In this document: positions 1 to 8,549 of the stretch, one piece after another | Position numbering within the stretch: position 1 is the first letter of the stretch | How the letters are laid out: every line of letters starts with the position of its first letter | Assembly (NCBI GenBank): GCA_033763455.1 | Contig: JANRKO010000033.1 | Span: forward strand, 32,001 to 96,000 | Direction: 5' to 3' | From: Polyangiaceae bacterium | Lineage (GTDB): Bacteria; Myxococcota_A; Polyangia; Polyangiales; Polyangiaceae | DNA length: 64,000 nt | Notes under the pieces: model-generated | Seen by the model: only the letters and a program-made list of their open reading frames with translations | What the model was told of the DNA's origin: nothing | Database searches by the model: none | Made by a program: the position numbers and the translations under genes

Positions 1-1
1 C

Positions 2-346
2 AGCGGGTGGCGTGTATTGCGCGAGACTACGGCGATTCTGCTAGAGGGCGCCCCGCCGCATCTAGACGTGGGCAAGATTGCTCGCTCCATCTTGGCGTGC
101 CCCGGTGTGAACGAGGTGCACGATCTACACGTCTGGCGCATCTCAGATCGCTTCGATGTGCTCACCGTCCACGTCACGCTCACGCGCGGTGCGCATGGTA
201 CCGACGTGTGCCGGAACGTGTCGCTCCATTTAAAGGCCGCTTACGGACTGGACCACGTGACAGTGCAACCGGAGGCTCCCCCACCTGATCAGCTTGTTCA
301 TGTCCGAGCCAGCCGCGACGGGCAGCCACTAGGCAAGCGTTTGTAG
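2..346 (+). CDS. Cation diffusion facilitator (CzcD/ZitB-like) transporter, C-terminal part; 5' end lies outside the window
   Basis: Frame is open from the window edge; LLEGAP...VHDLHVW...HVTVQPE are typical CDF cytoplasmic-domain motifs. Confidence 0.85.
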   Translation, partial: SGWRVLRETTAILLEGAPPHLDVGKIARSILACPGVNEVHDLHVWRISDRFDVLTVHVTLTRGAHGTDVCRNVSLHLKAAYGLDHVTVQPEAPPPDQLVHVRASRDGQPLGKRL

Positions 347-511
347 ACATTGAACAGGTTACGTTACACCTTCAAAGTTTGCGCGCGAGGAGACTATCCG
401 TGCACGCCGCCCGTTAGCTGAAGCACCTTCCTCACCCAGCAACCGGCTGCTGCTGGACCCTCCCCCATGAGTGAGTTAACTACTGAGGCACTTTCTCGAA
501 GTTGCTCATTC

Positions 512-2446
512 ATGAAAACGACCATTGCACTTAGCGCGCTCTTCACAAGTCTGCTTCTACCGAACCTCTCGCTGGCTGAAGGGCGTTTCAACGCTGAACC
601 TTTCATCGGCAAAAAGCTGCGGCTCGACGGGCTCCCCCGGGAATGGCCTGGGAAAAATGTCGCGCTCGACGAGAAGCTCAAAGGAGATCCGGGCGAGCAC
701 GAGGTGTCCGCCAAAATCGGCTACGACAAAAGCTATCTCTACATCACGCTCGACGCCGAAGACGCCAACCTTGTGCGCACGAAGGCCGCCGGCGATGGTG
801 AAGACCACGCAACGCTTTACTTAGCCATTCCGTCGGCACGTGGCGGCTATACAAACCACACGCTCAGGCTCTATCCAGGCAAGGCCGGGGTAACGGCGGG
901 CCTTGTTCGAGAAGGTACACAGGCGGTTCGTGGTGCAAAGCTGGTGGAAGCTGAGCACGACGAAGGGTTCACCTTCGAAGCGCAAATCCCCTGGGAACAA
1001 TTTCCGGAAACGAAGAACCTGCGAGTCGGGATGCGCGCCACCATCACGTATTCCGACGCGGATAAGGTTGGCCACGTGCGCTCCGTGGTGGGTGCGAGCA
1101 AAGCCAAGGCCGGGCAAGCCCTGCCACCGATGCCGCTAGAGAGTGAACAAGCGTTGTTCGAATCACTCGTGCGATCCAAAGGGCTGAATCCCAACCCGGC
1201 ACGCACGGCCTACGGAAATATCTCAGGTGGGCCGGCTCTCGAACAAGTCGCACTTTTCGGCAACTTTCTGAGCATCGTGGGGCCGGATTACCGCTTGGGA
1301 AAGCAGTTTTACTTTGCGGATCTCGGGCTCGGGAGCAAGGGGCGCGTCACACGGCTGGAGCTTCATGATTTTGACGGAGACGGTCGCGACGAGATCGTGC
1401 TCCAACGCCGGGTGGGTAGCGCGACGAAGTATCGAGAAGCCCTGCAAGTGATGACGATTTCACCTGATGATTCGCCCGTAACGAAGTTCGAATGCGAAGT
1501 GGGGATCCACGCAGACGACATGGAGCTCGACAACGAGGTGCAGATCATCGGGAACCCTGGAGCACGGCGCATCCGTATCTCGCAAGGCACAAGCAAGAAC
1601 GTTTCACCGGAAACCTGGAACCAAGCCCCGAGCACTGAGCTTTCAGTCCTCTTGCCGTGGGATACCGTAAAAAGCCGGACCTTTGGTTCTCGGGATGGGC
1701 AGATTGCCGAAGTGGGCAACGAAGCTTGGAAGCCCAAAATGGCAGGTCCTGCAACTGCTCGCCCCGCCGCAGCCCCCCCAGAAGCGGCGACTCCTCCCGT
1801 CGAGGCGCCACGCCCGCCCTCTTCCGAGGAGCTTCTGGACCGCGTCTACGGCTTGTACCGAAACGACCGCAAGGTGGGTCGCAAAAAGCCAAATTTCGAT
1901 TTTGTGGCCAATGTGGCGGGTGATGCTCGGCCCGAACGCGTCCTAGTTCACGGCTCAGATCTGGTGGTATTCGGCAAAGGATTTCTTGAGGGCAAAAGCT
2001 ACGCGTACATCACGATCGGGGTTGCGGATCCTAAAGATATTCTGTCCGTTACGGCACAGGATGTAACAGGAGATAAGATTGCCGAAGTTGTGGTGCGCGC
2101 TCAGCTTCAGGCGAAAGCCAGCAAGGCGCTCGGCGGCGACGTAGTGACGCGGGAGGCGCTCTTTGTGTATCGAATCACCGGAGGCAAGCTCGGAAGGATC
2201 TTTGGCGCGGAAACGGCTCGTTCGCTGGGCAAAGATCGCGTGGCCGGCAAGGTTTCGTTTGTTCAACAAGGCAAACGTGGCGTGATTCAACTGTTGCCAG
2301 GGCGCGCACAAGGTTGGACAGAAAAGACGTATCCGTTCCCCGAAGATCGCGGATCCGCAGGTGGCCTCGAACCCCTCTTGCTTCCGTGGGGAGAGCGCGA
2401 ATCCTTGCGTTATGTGTTCGATGGAGAACGTTTCACCTCGAACTGA
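512..2446 (+). CDS. Secreted protein: N-terminal DOMON/CBM9-like domain plus two repeated FG-GAP/VCBS-like domains
   Basis: Signal peptide MKTTIALSAL...SLA from ATG 512 (ORF open from 467); LDG.PREW, YDKSYLY, FEAQIPW motifs; Ca-binding-like DFDGDGRDEIV and DVTGDKIAEVV. Confidence 0.6.
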   Translation: MKTTIALSALFTSLLLPNLSLAEGRFNAEPFIGKKLRLDGLPREWPGKNVALDEKLKGDPGEHEVSAKIGYDKSYLYITLDAEDANLVRTKAAGDGEDHATLYLAIPSARGGYTNHTLRLYPGKAGVTAGLVREGTQAVRGAKLVEAEHDEGFTFEAQIPWEQFPETKNLRVGMRATITYSDADKVGHVRSVVGASKAKAGQALPPMPLESEQALFESLVRSKGLNPNPARTAYGNISGGPALEQVALFGNFLSIVGPDYRLGKQFYFADLGLGSKGRVTRLELHDFDGDGRDEIVLQRRVGSATKYREALQVMTISPDDSPVTKFECEVGIHADDMELDNEVQIIGNPGARRIRISQGTSKNVSPETWNQAPSTELSVLLPWDTVKSRTFGSRDGQIAEVGNEAWKPKMAGPATARPAAAPPEAATPPVEAPRPPSSEELLDRVYGLYRNDRKVGRKKPNFDFVANVAGDARPERVLVHGSDLVVFGKGFLEGKSYAYITIGVADPKDILSVTAQDVTGDKIAEVVVRAQLQAKASKALGGDVVTREALFVYRITGGKLGRIFGAETARSLGKDRVAGKVSFVQQGKRGVIQLLPGRAQGWTEKTYPFPEDRGSAGGLEPLLLPWGERESLRYVFDGERFTSN

Positions 2447-2503
2447 CCCGGTGCGCATCGGGGCCGCGCCTATGCAATTGGCAACTCCCGGGAATTACCC
2501 GAG

Positions 2504-3886
2504 CTAGTTGAGCACGGTAAGGCCCACGGCCGCCCAACCACCAGGTCTAATGGTGATGTCCCGTTGCTCCTTCTTCCCGCGCACCAGCATGGTGATGCGA
2601 TGCTTGCCGGGGGGAAGGCGAATGCGCGCGACGCTCATTCTAGCGGGTAAAGTAGACCAGCTGCGCGTGTCAGGCGTGTCTGCAGCCGTGAGTGCCGCTT
2701 GGGTACCGAGGCTGAGCAGAAGGGCAATGATGTTGTCATCCTTGGCACTTCGCCGAATCCCCTCGCCGACCACTACGCGCGTGATCATGCGTGTGATCGC
2801 CGCCCCTACTACCGCTCCTTTCACTTTGTCCCACGCGCGCCGCACTTCAAAATCGACGGCCGATAGTTGCTCAGAGGGCACCACCCGCCCATCCAACAGG
2901 ACTTCGGGGGCGTCGTATTGCCCACGCGCCCGGCCGAGCTCGGGGAAATTCACCCAAGTTACCAGGCCTTGCGCCGCCAAAGTGTTAGCCCGCTGTTGAT
3001 CATAAGGGCTGAGGGCGCCGCTTGCGTAAGTGAGGGCCAAACCGATCGGCACTCGCTTGGCTATTTTTCCGGGAACTCGACCATAATTTACGATAACCAA
3101 AAGCTCCGCCTCGCCCGTGCTTTCAGCTTCGGCGGGTGCCATTCCCGCCTTTCGAGCTCGCTCCGCCGCCTGGCGCAAACGTGGAGTTTGGTAGCCACTT
3201 TGGGCGCTGAGCCTCAGGATTGCCGGCTCAAGGCTTCGGTAATACGCGTAGCTCAAGGCCTCGTCGTAGTAACGCAAGGCTTCATCCGGCCGCCCGCTCT
3301 TCTCGAAGATGAACCCCGCCAGGTAGCTCCCCGGGCCGAGTAATGCCTCGGCAGGATCGCCCTTTTGGCTGAGGTACTTCTGCATGACGGCCAAACGCCG
3401 AGCTTCAATCCGACCGCCATTCAAATCGCCTCGCAGAAGGTAATTCTGCATGTTGATGGTGTTGATGAGCAGCTTCTCGTAGGCGGGAGCTTTATACGGC
3501 CCCGTGTCGTCAGAGAACATGTATTTTCCGACGTCATCTAGCGCGTTGCGTGAAAAATCGAGAGTTTGGATTTGCTTATCAGCCACCTCAAGATCACGAC
3601 TCGAAAGCTCATAGTTCCTGAGTTGCTGCAAGATCATCGAGCGATCCAAGATCAACAAGCTGTGTTCGCCGCTCACGTCTTTCGGGAGCGCTGCAGGCTT
3701 GTCTACATCAAGCTCATCATCGATTGCCGTGAGCGCTTGCTCTGGGCGCCCTGCATCGAGCGCCGTTTTGACCTTAGCCAGGCGCGCGGCATGATCGGCA
3801 CAACCCACCAAAGCCAACAGAGAGGCGAAGGTGAGAAAGCGCGTGAAGGCACGACACACGCAACTTGGCAGGGGTAAGCTGCGCAT
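2504..3886 (-). CDS. COG3014-family TPR lipoprotein
   Basis: Lipobox LVGC; YKAPAYEKLL, ARRL and ADTPDTRSWSTLP motifs; adjacent to an lpoB-like gene as is usual for this family; ATG 3886 chosen (ORF open to 3931). Confidence 0.75.
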   Translation of the reverse strand: MRSLPLPSCVCRAFTRFLTFASLLALVGCADHAARLAKVKTALDAGRPEQALTAIDDELDVDKPAALPKDVSGEHSLLILDRSMILQQLRNYELSSRDLEVADKQIQTLDFSRNALDDVGKYMFSDDTGPYKAPAYEKLLINTINMQNYLLRGDLNGGRIEARRLAVMQKYLSQKGDPAEALLGPGSYLAGFIFEKSGRPDEALRYYDEALSYAYYRSLEPAILRLSAQSGYQTPRLRQAAERARKAGMAPAEAESTGEAELLVIVNYGRVPGKIAKRVPIGLALTYASGALSPYDQQRANTLAAQGLVTWVNFPELGRARGQYDAPEVLLDGRVVPSEQLSAVDFEVRRAWDKVKGAVVGAAITRMITRVVVGEGIRRSAKDDNIIALLLSLGTQAALTAADTPDTRSWSTLPARMSVARIRLPPGKHRITMLVRGKKEQRDITIRPGGWAAVGLTVLN

Positions 3887-3954
3887 GAACGGCAGGTTAG
3901 AGCCCCGGTGACTGAGTTGGCTTTGGGCCATGACTCATGCCTACGCAAAAATGC

Positions 3955-4563
3955 TTAGAGAATGGCTTTGGTAACCGTCGTTTTGTTCTGAAACAGAATG
4001 TCAGACGTCTCTACGTCCAAGACCTGAATGAACATGAAATATTGGACGCGCCGCTCACCATCTTGGCGTTCGTCGTTGTTGAACACCTTCCCCGTAACGA
4101 TGTAGCGAGCTCCGATCTGCTTGCCCAACTTGGTAGCGTTGGCAACATCAAACCCTTGAGCATTCTGCTGCTTGGCCTGCTGCATCAATGCCGGCTGGGA
4201 TTCCAAGCTGATCACGCGAACGTGGCCTGCGTTTACGAGAGTAGTCTCGATATCGCTGATAAGCGCATCCAGCGAGCTGTCGATGTGCTCGGAGGTTTCG
4301 TTGCGCAAAGGGAGCACGGCCACAGCTGGGCGACTTTCCCCTTCCCAACGCTTGATCACCGCCGCGCGCTCTAGCGCCTGCATGTTATCGTGCAGCATGC
4401 GATCTAGGTCCCGCTTGTCGAGACCGGTACCCATGGCTTGATCGTCGAGACCCGCCACGTTGTCTCCGCGAACCGCCTTGGGCCCACAACCGGACCCCAG
4501 AAGGGCCACTGCGAACAACAAAGAACCTACGAGCTTTGAAGGGGTACTACTGAGCGTCAGCAT
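3955..4563 (-). CDS. lpoB: LpoB-like (penicillin-binding protein activator / CsgG-HfaB fold) lipoprotein
   Basis: Lipobox GSGC; VLPLRNETSEHID and LGKQIGARYIVTG motifs; ATG 4563. Confidence 0.7.
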   Translation of the reverse strand: MLTLSSTPSKLVGSLLFAVALLGSGCGPKAVRGDNVAGLDDQAMGTGLDKRDLDRMLHDNMQALERAAVIKRWEGESRPAVAVLPLRNETSEHIDSSLDALISDIETTLVNAGHVRVISLESQPALMQQAKQQNAQGFDVANATKLGKQIGARYIVTGKVFNNDERQDGERRVQYFMFIQVLDVETSDILFQNKTTVTKAIL

Positions 4564-4736
4564 GGTGTTCTTCCTATTCGTTCCGAGACTTACGGCCCAC
4601 ACGTGGAGCGCTTGGCCTCCGCCGCATGGGGGGTTTCTTAGCATTAGACGAACGTCCCGGACAGGTGAGCCAAAAGAACGCCTGCCAAAGCACCGCTCTG
4701 GCCGCTGGCCTATTTAGAGTTATTGAAAATGGCGCT

Positions 4737-4788
4737 GGCACGGGCGGGCTCCCAAGAGCCCCTTCATGTGCGGATCGATTCCCGTGCC
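4737..4788 (-). terminator. Nested GC-rich hairpin downstream of jag; possible terminator or processing stem
   Basis: GGCACGGG (4737-4744) / CCCGTGCC (4781-4788) enclosing GGGCTC-CCAA-GAGCCC (4746-4761); U-tract weak and offset. Confidence 0.35.
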
Positions 4789-4802
4789 GCTACCCGTAAG
4801 CC

Positions 4803-5390
4803 TTAGGCGCGAGCGCCTTCGCGCCGGACCGGAATGATCTGAACTCTTCGGTCGTCACCCTCACCGTCGCTCTTGGTGATGACTCCGTCGAACTTAGCCA
4901 GGGCCAAATGCACCACACGACGATCCCGAGGATTCATAGGTTCGAACGTGATGATCTTGCCCTCTTTGATCGCTTGGCTGCCAAGGCGCCGAGCCATGGT
5001 CGCGAGGGAATCGTCACGGCGGGAACGGTACCCTTCCGCGTCCACGAGCACGTGGCGCCGCTCTTCACCTGGCCGGTTGATCACGCGGTGGGTGAGAAAC
5101 TGTAAGGACTGAAGCACCTGGCCCTTCTTGCCAATGATGCGGCCAGAATCTTTGCCGGTGATCTCAAGGTAGATTTCACCTTCGGAGCCTTCGCGGGGGC
5201 GACGTAGGCGCACCCGACAGTCCATCTCCATTTCTCGCAACACATCCGTCACGAAATCGAGCGCAAGTTGCGCCCGATCGTCGGGTGCAGCGATGCCTTC
5301 GCTATCGGGACCGTCGTCCTCGGCAAAGTCGTCCTCCGCATCAGCTGCCTCGGCTCCCCACGTATCGTCTACTTCCGTATCGTCACTCAT
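4803..5390 (-). CDS. khpB: RNA-binding protein Jag/EloR/KhpB (KH + R3H domains)
   Basis: KH GRIIGKKGQVLQSLQ, DAEGYR, R3H RRVVH; position after yidC. Confidence 0.93.
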   Translation of the reverse strand: MSDDTEVDDTWGAEAADAEDDFAEDDGPDSEGIAAPDDRAQLALDFVTDVLREMEMDCRVRLRRPREGSEGEIYLEITGKDSGRIIGKKGQVLQSLQFLTHRVINRPGEERRHVLVDAEGYRSRRDDSLATMARRLGSQAIKEGKIITFEPMNPRDRRVVHLALAKFDGVITKSDGEGDDRRVQIIPVRREGARA

Positions 5391-5417
5391 CGTCTTGCCT
5401 TTCCTAAAACCTACCCC

Positions 5418-7145
5418 TCACGCCTTAATCTTGACCTCGATGGCCTTCGAAGCCGCGTTCTGCGCCGTTCTGCGCACGTGGCTCTCGACTGCTTGCTGCT
5501 GAAGGATCCCCAGCACGCTGTTGGTGAACATGTATACGCCGAGCCCAGCCGGTAGGAACAGCATGAATACCGTGAACATGGCCGGCATGAAGTACAGCAT
5601 CATTTTCTGCTGGGCTGGGTCTCCCGCCTGCATTGGCATCAACTTCTGCTGCACAAAGGATGTCAACCCGATGATAAGAGGCAGGATGAAATACGGGTCC
5701 GGCTGAGAAAGGTCCGGAAACCACAAGAACGGAATATTGTACAGCTCCACGGCCGTCTGCAGCGTGGTGTAGAGGGCGAACCAAACGGGCATGCTCGCTA
5801 GCTGAGGCAGGCAACCTTTCAGCGGATTCACCTTGTGCTTCCGCCAAAGCTCCATTTGTGCCAGGCCCTTCGCCTGCGGATCGTCCTTATACTTGACGTT
5901 GAGTTCGTCGAGCTCGGGCTTGAGCTCACGCATCTTCATCATGCTCTTTATCGAGGGCACGCTGAGCGGAAACAGCAACGTGCGTGCCGTAATAGTGAGC
6001 ACGATGATCGCAACTCCCCAATTAGGGATGATGCTGTAAACCTTGAGCAAGAAGGCCACGAGCACTTTCGCGATCACCGAGAAAAATCCAAGATCGATGA
6101 GCTCATCGACGTGATGGTGCCCACCACCGACCTGGCTAAGCGCCGTGCGATCCTTGGGCCCCACGTAGGTGAGAACGCTATACATTTGCTCTTGCCCAGG
6201 TGTTAATACCTGCGGTGGGTACGCCAGGCGGGCGCGATACATCGCGCCGGATTGAGGATCATCACTCGCTTTGGTGTGCCGCGACGCGTCCCAGCGCTCT
6301 TCGATCTGGAGCTGGCACACAGGGACCGCAGGCGACGTCCTGGGAATGAGCGCGTGGGAGAAATACGCGTTGGAAACCGCGGCGATGTCAGGCTGGCCTG
6401 GAATTTGGCGCCAATCCCCTGGATTTACTGGCGTCTCCACAAAGCCCTCGCCCGTGAATTTTTCTGGCTCGAAATCCTGATCAAGGAGCCGAACAGCTGT
6501 GCCAGCCTTATCTATACACTCTACGTGCGTCACGAACGGGCTAACGCTGAACATGTGCCCCGCAACCTCGCTCTTGGTGCGCCATGCCACGGTGTGAATC
6601 GTGAGGGCGTGCATGCGCTTGTCGGAGGCTAGATTTTTGATCGTTGCGGCAGCTTCGAGCTCGTAGGGATTACCTGTAACCCGGACGGTTCGCGTCAGCT
6701 CAACGTTCGCATCCTTGTAATGAAAGACGCACTCCTTGTCCGTTGCACGAACAAGCTCATAGTTCACAAGGTCAAAGTCGAGCTGCCACGGAATGTCTTT
6801 GCGCTTGGCGCCCTCATTGCGCCACAAGAATGCGAGCTGTTGCCGCAATGGCACGTCAGGAGTCGTTGAAAGCTCCTGGGCTTTGCCGTACTTGACGTAC
6901 TTCGGTGCGATCAACGCAAAGTGCTTGAGCGACGCCCCCTTCGACGAAAGCGTGGCGTGAAAATCCGCACTCCGCAGGTCGCACAAGCGTTCACCTGCAC
7001 CCAAAGGTGAAACAGCCACCGTTTCGCGCCTAAGCGGCTGCGCAACGAGCGACGAATCTCCACCGAAGAGCTTCGAGCCGAAGAGGTAAAGGAGGACAAT
7101 GAGTCCGCCGATGAATAGAAACCGAAAGGCGCTGTCGCGTTCCAT
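5418..7145 (-). CDS. yidC: Membrane protein insertase YidC
   Basis: YVGPK, NWGVAIIVLT, NPLKGCLP, DLSQPDPYFILP, LPAGLGVY. Confidence 0.97.
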   Translation of the reverse strand: MERDSAFRFLFIGGLIVLLYLFGSKLFGGDSSLVAQPLRRETVAVSPLGAGERLCDLRSADFHATLSSKGASLKHFALIAPKYVKYGKAQELSTTPDVPLRQQLAFLWRNEGAKRKDIPWQLDFDLVNYELVRATDKECVFHYKDANVELTRTVRVTGNPYELEAAATIKNLASDKRMHALTIHTVAWRTKSEVAGHMFSVSPFVTHVECIDKAGTAVRLLDQDFEPEKFTGEGFVETPVNPGDWRQIPGQPDIAAVSNAYFSHALIPRTSPAVPVCQLQIEERWDASRHTKASDDPQSGAMYRARLAYPPQVLTPGQEQMYSVLTYVGPKDRTALSQVGGGHHHVDELIDLGFFSVIAKVLVAFLLKVYSIIPNWGVAIIVLTITARTLLFPLSVPSIKSMMKMRELKPELDELNVKYKDDPQAKGLAQMELWRKHKVNPLKGCLPQLASMPVWFALYTTLQTAVELYNIPFLWFPDLSQPDPYFILPLIIGLTSFVQQKLMPMQAGDPAQQKMMLYFMPAMFTVFMLFLPAGLGVYMFTNSVLGILQQQAVESHVRRTAQNAASKAIEVKIKA

Positions 7146-7178
7146 CCTAGATTAGGTCTTGCATTTTAGGGGGATGGG

Positions 7179-7499
7179 TCACTCTCGGCGGGGGTTCGAC
7201 GAGACGCCCCCTTTAGCACGCCTAGCCAGAACCCCAAGGAACTTCACACGAACTTGAGTCAACCTTTCGGCCTTTTGGCCGGAGCTCGGTGGCGGCGGAT
7301 CAAAGCCGCCCGGATTGAAAGGATGGCACCTGCAGATGCGACGGAGGCCAAGCCATGAGCCCATGATTGGGCCGTGGAGCTCCACGCAGGCCAAAGTATA
7401 ACGAGAGCAAGAGGGCTCAAAGCGGCAGCTTGGCGCGAGTAGCCTTGATAGCGTCCGCTGGTACAGACGGATCAGAAATACGATCAGCCGAGTGACCAC
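7179..7499 (-). CDS. yidD: Membrane protein insertion efficiency factor YidD
   Basis: CRFEPSCSRY...RICRCHPFNPGGFDP. Confidence 0.96.
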   Translation of the reverse strand: MVTRLIVFLIRLYQRTLSRLLAPSCRFEPSCSRYTLACVELHGPIMGSWLGLRRICRCHPFNPGGFDPPPPSSGQKAERLTQVRVKFLGVLARRAKGGVSSNPRRE

Positions 7500-7538
7500 G
7501 TTGCCGAGTGTGCGTCGAGGGAGTCCTTCGCGCCAGCG

Positions 7539-8018
7539 TCACGGTGTATCAGTTTCCGCGTTTGCGGCTTCCGCGTTTGCGGCGGCGATGGTTTCCGCAG
7601 CCCTTGTCGCGGCAGTACGAGCTTCGGCGATGCGTTTTTGGATCTGCCGCTCCACGCGCCGCCATTCCTCAATCAGCGCAGAGAGCTTGAGCTCCCCGAG
7701 CGATTTCCTAACGATCACCACCACATCTACATCCGGCGGCAAAGTGCCCCGCTGTTGGCGAAAAACCTCGCGAATGAGCCGTTTGGCGCGACTCCGCTCC
7801 GGCGAACAACCCGTCTTTTTGGGAACGGTAATGCCCACGCGAGCGCGATCCGGCGGCTGCAGTGGCCGCCTCAACGCTCGCATTGGTCCGCGTAGATGGA
7901 CGAGCAACACCAGGTGTGGAGTGACCACACGACTCGCCGACGCTTGGATCAATAGGAACTCAGAGCGCTTGCGCACCCTGGAGCGGGAAGTGAAGCGGCC
8001 GTGGGCCGCCGTGTTCAC
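7539..8018 (-). CDS. rnpA: Ribonuclease P protein component
   Basis: [37 protein letters not shown]; lies between rpmH and yidD. Confidence 0.93.
   Translation of the reverse strand: MNTAAHGRFTSRSRVRKRSEFLLIQASASRVVTPHLVLLVHLRGPMRALRRPLQPPDRARVGITVPKKTGCSPERSRAKRLIREVFRQQRGTLPPDVDVVVIVRKSLGELKLSALIEEWRRVERQIQKRIAEARTAATRAAETIAAANAEAANAETDTP
7554..7583. repeat. 15-bp tandem duplication in the rnpA 3' end (encodes AANAE x2)
   Basis: TTCCGCGTTTGCGGC occurs twice in tandem. Confidence 0.7.
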
Positions 8019-8164
8019 TTCTCGTACGCGGTGACGGCCAGACGCCAGCGTCCCTTGCGGCGACGATTCTTGAGGATCTTCTGGCCGCCGCTGGTGTTCA
8101 GCCGCTTGCGAAAACCGTGAGTGCGCAGACGACTAAGAGTGTGGGGCTGATAAGTGCGCTTCAT
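8015..8164 (-). CDS. rpmH: 50S ribosomal protein L34
   Basis: [21 protein letters not shown]...RRRKGRWRL from ATG 8164. Confidence 0.97.
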   Translation of the reverse strand: MKRTYQPHTLSRLRTHGFRKRLNTSGGQKILKNRRRKGRWRLAVTAYEK

Positions 8165-8192
8165 TTCTAGGGACTTTCGCTCAGGGGGGCGG

Positions 8193-8222
8193 GAGCTAGC
8201 CACGTCCCTTTCTGAGAGTCAA
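8193..8222 (-). promoter_or_regulatory. Putative sigma70 promoter of the rpmH operon
   Basis: Minus strand TTGACT-N18-TAGCTC, ending 28 nt before the rpmH ATG. Confidence 0.5.
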
Positions 8223-8272
8223 GCAATTCTCGACCCCTGAACCCCTGCTCAGACTAAGAATTCTGGGGGCGC

Positions 8273-8302
8273 TTGCCACTCGAAGAAGGCCTATGCTAGC
8301 CA
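8273..8302 (+). promoter_or_regulatory. Putative sigma70 promoter of rpmG
   Basis: TTGCCA-N18-TAGCCA, with an overlapping TATGCT at 8292-8297. Confidence 0.45.
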
Positions 8303-8311
8303 GCGGTCATC

Positions 8312-8479
8312 ATGCGCGACAACGTACGATTGGTTTCGTCGGCCGGCACCGGCTTCACCTATTACACGAACAAGAACAAGCGAACCCAGACGAACAAGCT
8401 GGAGTTTAAGAAGTACGACCCAGTAGTGCGTCAGCACGTGGTCTTTAAAGAAGCGAAGATGCCGCCTCACAGCAAGTGA
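8312..8479 (+). CDS. rpmG: 50S ribosomal protein L33, zinc-free (C-) type, 55 aa
   Basis: Translated by hand: [55 protein letters not shown]; absent from the ORF track because of its size. Confidence 0.97.
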   Translation: MRDNVRLVSSAGTGFTYYTNKNKRTQTNKLEFKKYDPVVRQHVVFKEAKMPPHSK

Positions 8480-8515
8480 GCAAGCGTCTTTAGTTTCTGG
8501 TTTGCTCCAAAGCTT

Positions 8516-8548
8516 AAGCCGGCTCCTCGTAAGGGAGCACCGGCTTTT
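8516..8548 (+). terminator. Intrinsic terminator after rpmG (possibly bidirectional)
   Basis: AAGCCGG-CTCC-loop-GGAG-ca-CCGGCTT followed by TT and TATTTT; sits between convergent genes. Confidence 0.65.
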
Positions 8549-8549
8549 G

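Noticed and set aside
8165..8311. oriC / DnaA boxes upstream of rpmH
   Set aside because: No TTATCCACA-like boxes, no AT-rich unwinding element and no dnaA; the spacer is explained by two promoters
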